From NCBI GenBank assembly GCA_963809325.1, contig CAWEIZ010000008.1:126165-190164 (forward strand): a stretch of DNA of 64,000 nt, in the 5' to 3' direction. The position numbers and the translations under genes are program-made. Source of the DNA: an uncultured Actinomycetes bacterium (lineage in GTDB: Bacteria > Actinomycetota > Thermoleophilia > Gaiellales > JAICJC01). Shown here in pieces: positions 63,070 through 64,000 of the stretch; the first letter of the stretch is position 1, and each line of letters begins with the position of its first letter. Under the pieces are notes generated by a model that did not search any database, was not told the DNA's origin, and worked only from the letters and a program-made list of their open reading frames with translations.

Positions 63070-63930
63070 GTGTCGTCGACTCCGCTTGCCCTGGCAGTGC
63101 TCGGCCGCGGCGTGGTCGACCCCGCCGTGCCGCTCCTGCGCGCGGACGACGAGGCGGTGCTGCGCGGGCGAGCGGCGTTCGAGACGATGCGCGTCTACGC
63201 GGGCGTGCCGTTCCGCGTCGACCTGCACCTCCGCCGGCTCGCGGAGTCGGCGCGCGTGCTCGAGCTGCCGGCTCCCGACACGCAGGCGCTCCGCAGCCTG
63301 GTCGGCGAGGCTCTGGCGTCGCTCGACCGGCCTGACGCCGTGCTGCGGGTGGTGTGGACGCCGGGCGCGGGCGGCGACGGGTCGGTCGGCTTCGTGCTCG
63401 TGACGCCGCTGCCCGCGGGGTTCGACGAGATGCGGGCCCGCGGGATCGAGCTGGCGTCGCTCCAGCTCGCCATCGGCGCGTCGACGCGGCGCGAGGCGCC
63501 CTGGCTCCTGCCGGGCGTGAAGTCGACGAGCTATGCCGTCAACATGGCGGCCCAGGCCGAGGCCCGCCGGCGCGGCGCCGACGATGCGCTCTTCCTCTCG
63601 CTCGAGGGGGTCGCGCTCGAGTGCCCGACGTCGAACATCTGGTTCGTCGAGGACGGCGCGCTGCACACGCCGGCGCTCGAGCTCGGCATCCTCGCGGGCG
63701 TGACGCGCGAGACGCTGATCGCCGCGGCCGAGGAGGCGGGCATGCGGCTCGTCGAGGGCGAGTACCCGCGCGAGCAGGTGGCCGGCGCCGCCGAGGTGTT
63801 CACCTCGTCGAGCGTGCGAGAGGTGATGCCCGTCGTCCGTCTCGACGGCGAGCAGATCGGCGACGGGCGTCCGGGGGCCGTGGCGGCCCAGATGCAGTCC
63901 GCGCTCCGGCGCGCCGTCGACCGCGGCTAG
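63070..63930 (+). CDS. Class IV aminotransferase / aminodeoxychorismate lyase family
   Basis: FETMR, KSTSY, E..TSN, ILAGVTR. Confidence 0.9.
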   Translation: MSSTPLALAVLGRGVVDPAVPLLRADDEAVLRGRAAFETMRVYAGVPFRVDLHLRRLAESARVLELPAPDTQALRSLVGEALASLDRPDAVLRVVWTPGAGGDGSVGFVLVTPLPAGFDEMRARGIELASLQLAIGASTRREAPWLLPGVKSTSYAVNMAAQAEARRRGADDALFLSLEGVALECPTSNIWFVEDGALHTPALELGILAGVTRETLIAAAEEAGMRLVEGEYPREQVAGAAEVFTSSSVREVMPVVRLDGEQIGDGRPGAVAAQMQSALRRAVDRG

Positions 63931-64000
63931 ATGATTGATTCCTAATTCCCGCGCGCCTGGACGCGCGACCGTGGCACGGATGCCGGCCGGTGGTGGGGCT

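Overview
High-GC actinobacterial chromosome segment, most consistent with Thermoleophilia/Gaiella-like soil bacteria (inference from gene content and the TCGAAC-N4-GTTCGA SOS box). At least a dozen genes are split by single frameshifts, probably long-read indel errors. Bases ~19.6-64 kb are mostly core/metabolic: lexA, RNase P RNA, ABC transporters, hutF, SF2 helicase, pruA, egtB, a catabolic cluster and a probable UXX-star selenoprotein. Bases 1-19.6 kb are accessory. The main finding is a head-to-tail array of TIR-bounded elements stacked at the lexA promoter. Element B (15437-19611) has 30-bp TIRs, a perfect 14-bp target duplication TGCCCTGCCTTGAC, and a truncated solo Cas1 with a Zn-finger/HTH tail. 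Element A2 (11609-15422) has 29-bp TIRs of a different family. A third element ends at 11594. Each junction is CCC-[14 bp ending CTTGAC]-GGG, and the duplicated 14-mer contains the putative lexA -35 box. This looks like a casposon-type (Cas1-integrase) system building a CRISPR-like array of kb-sized, gene-carrying cassettes at an SOS promoter. No polB, cas2 or CRISPR array is present in the window.
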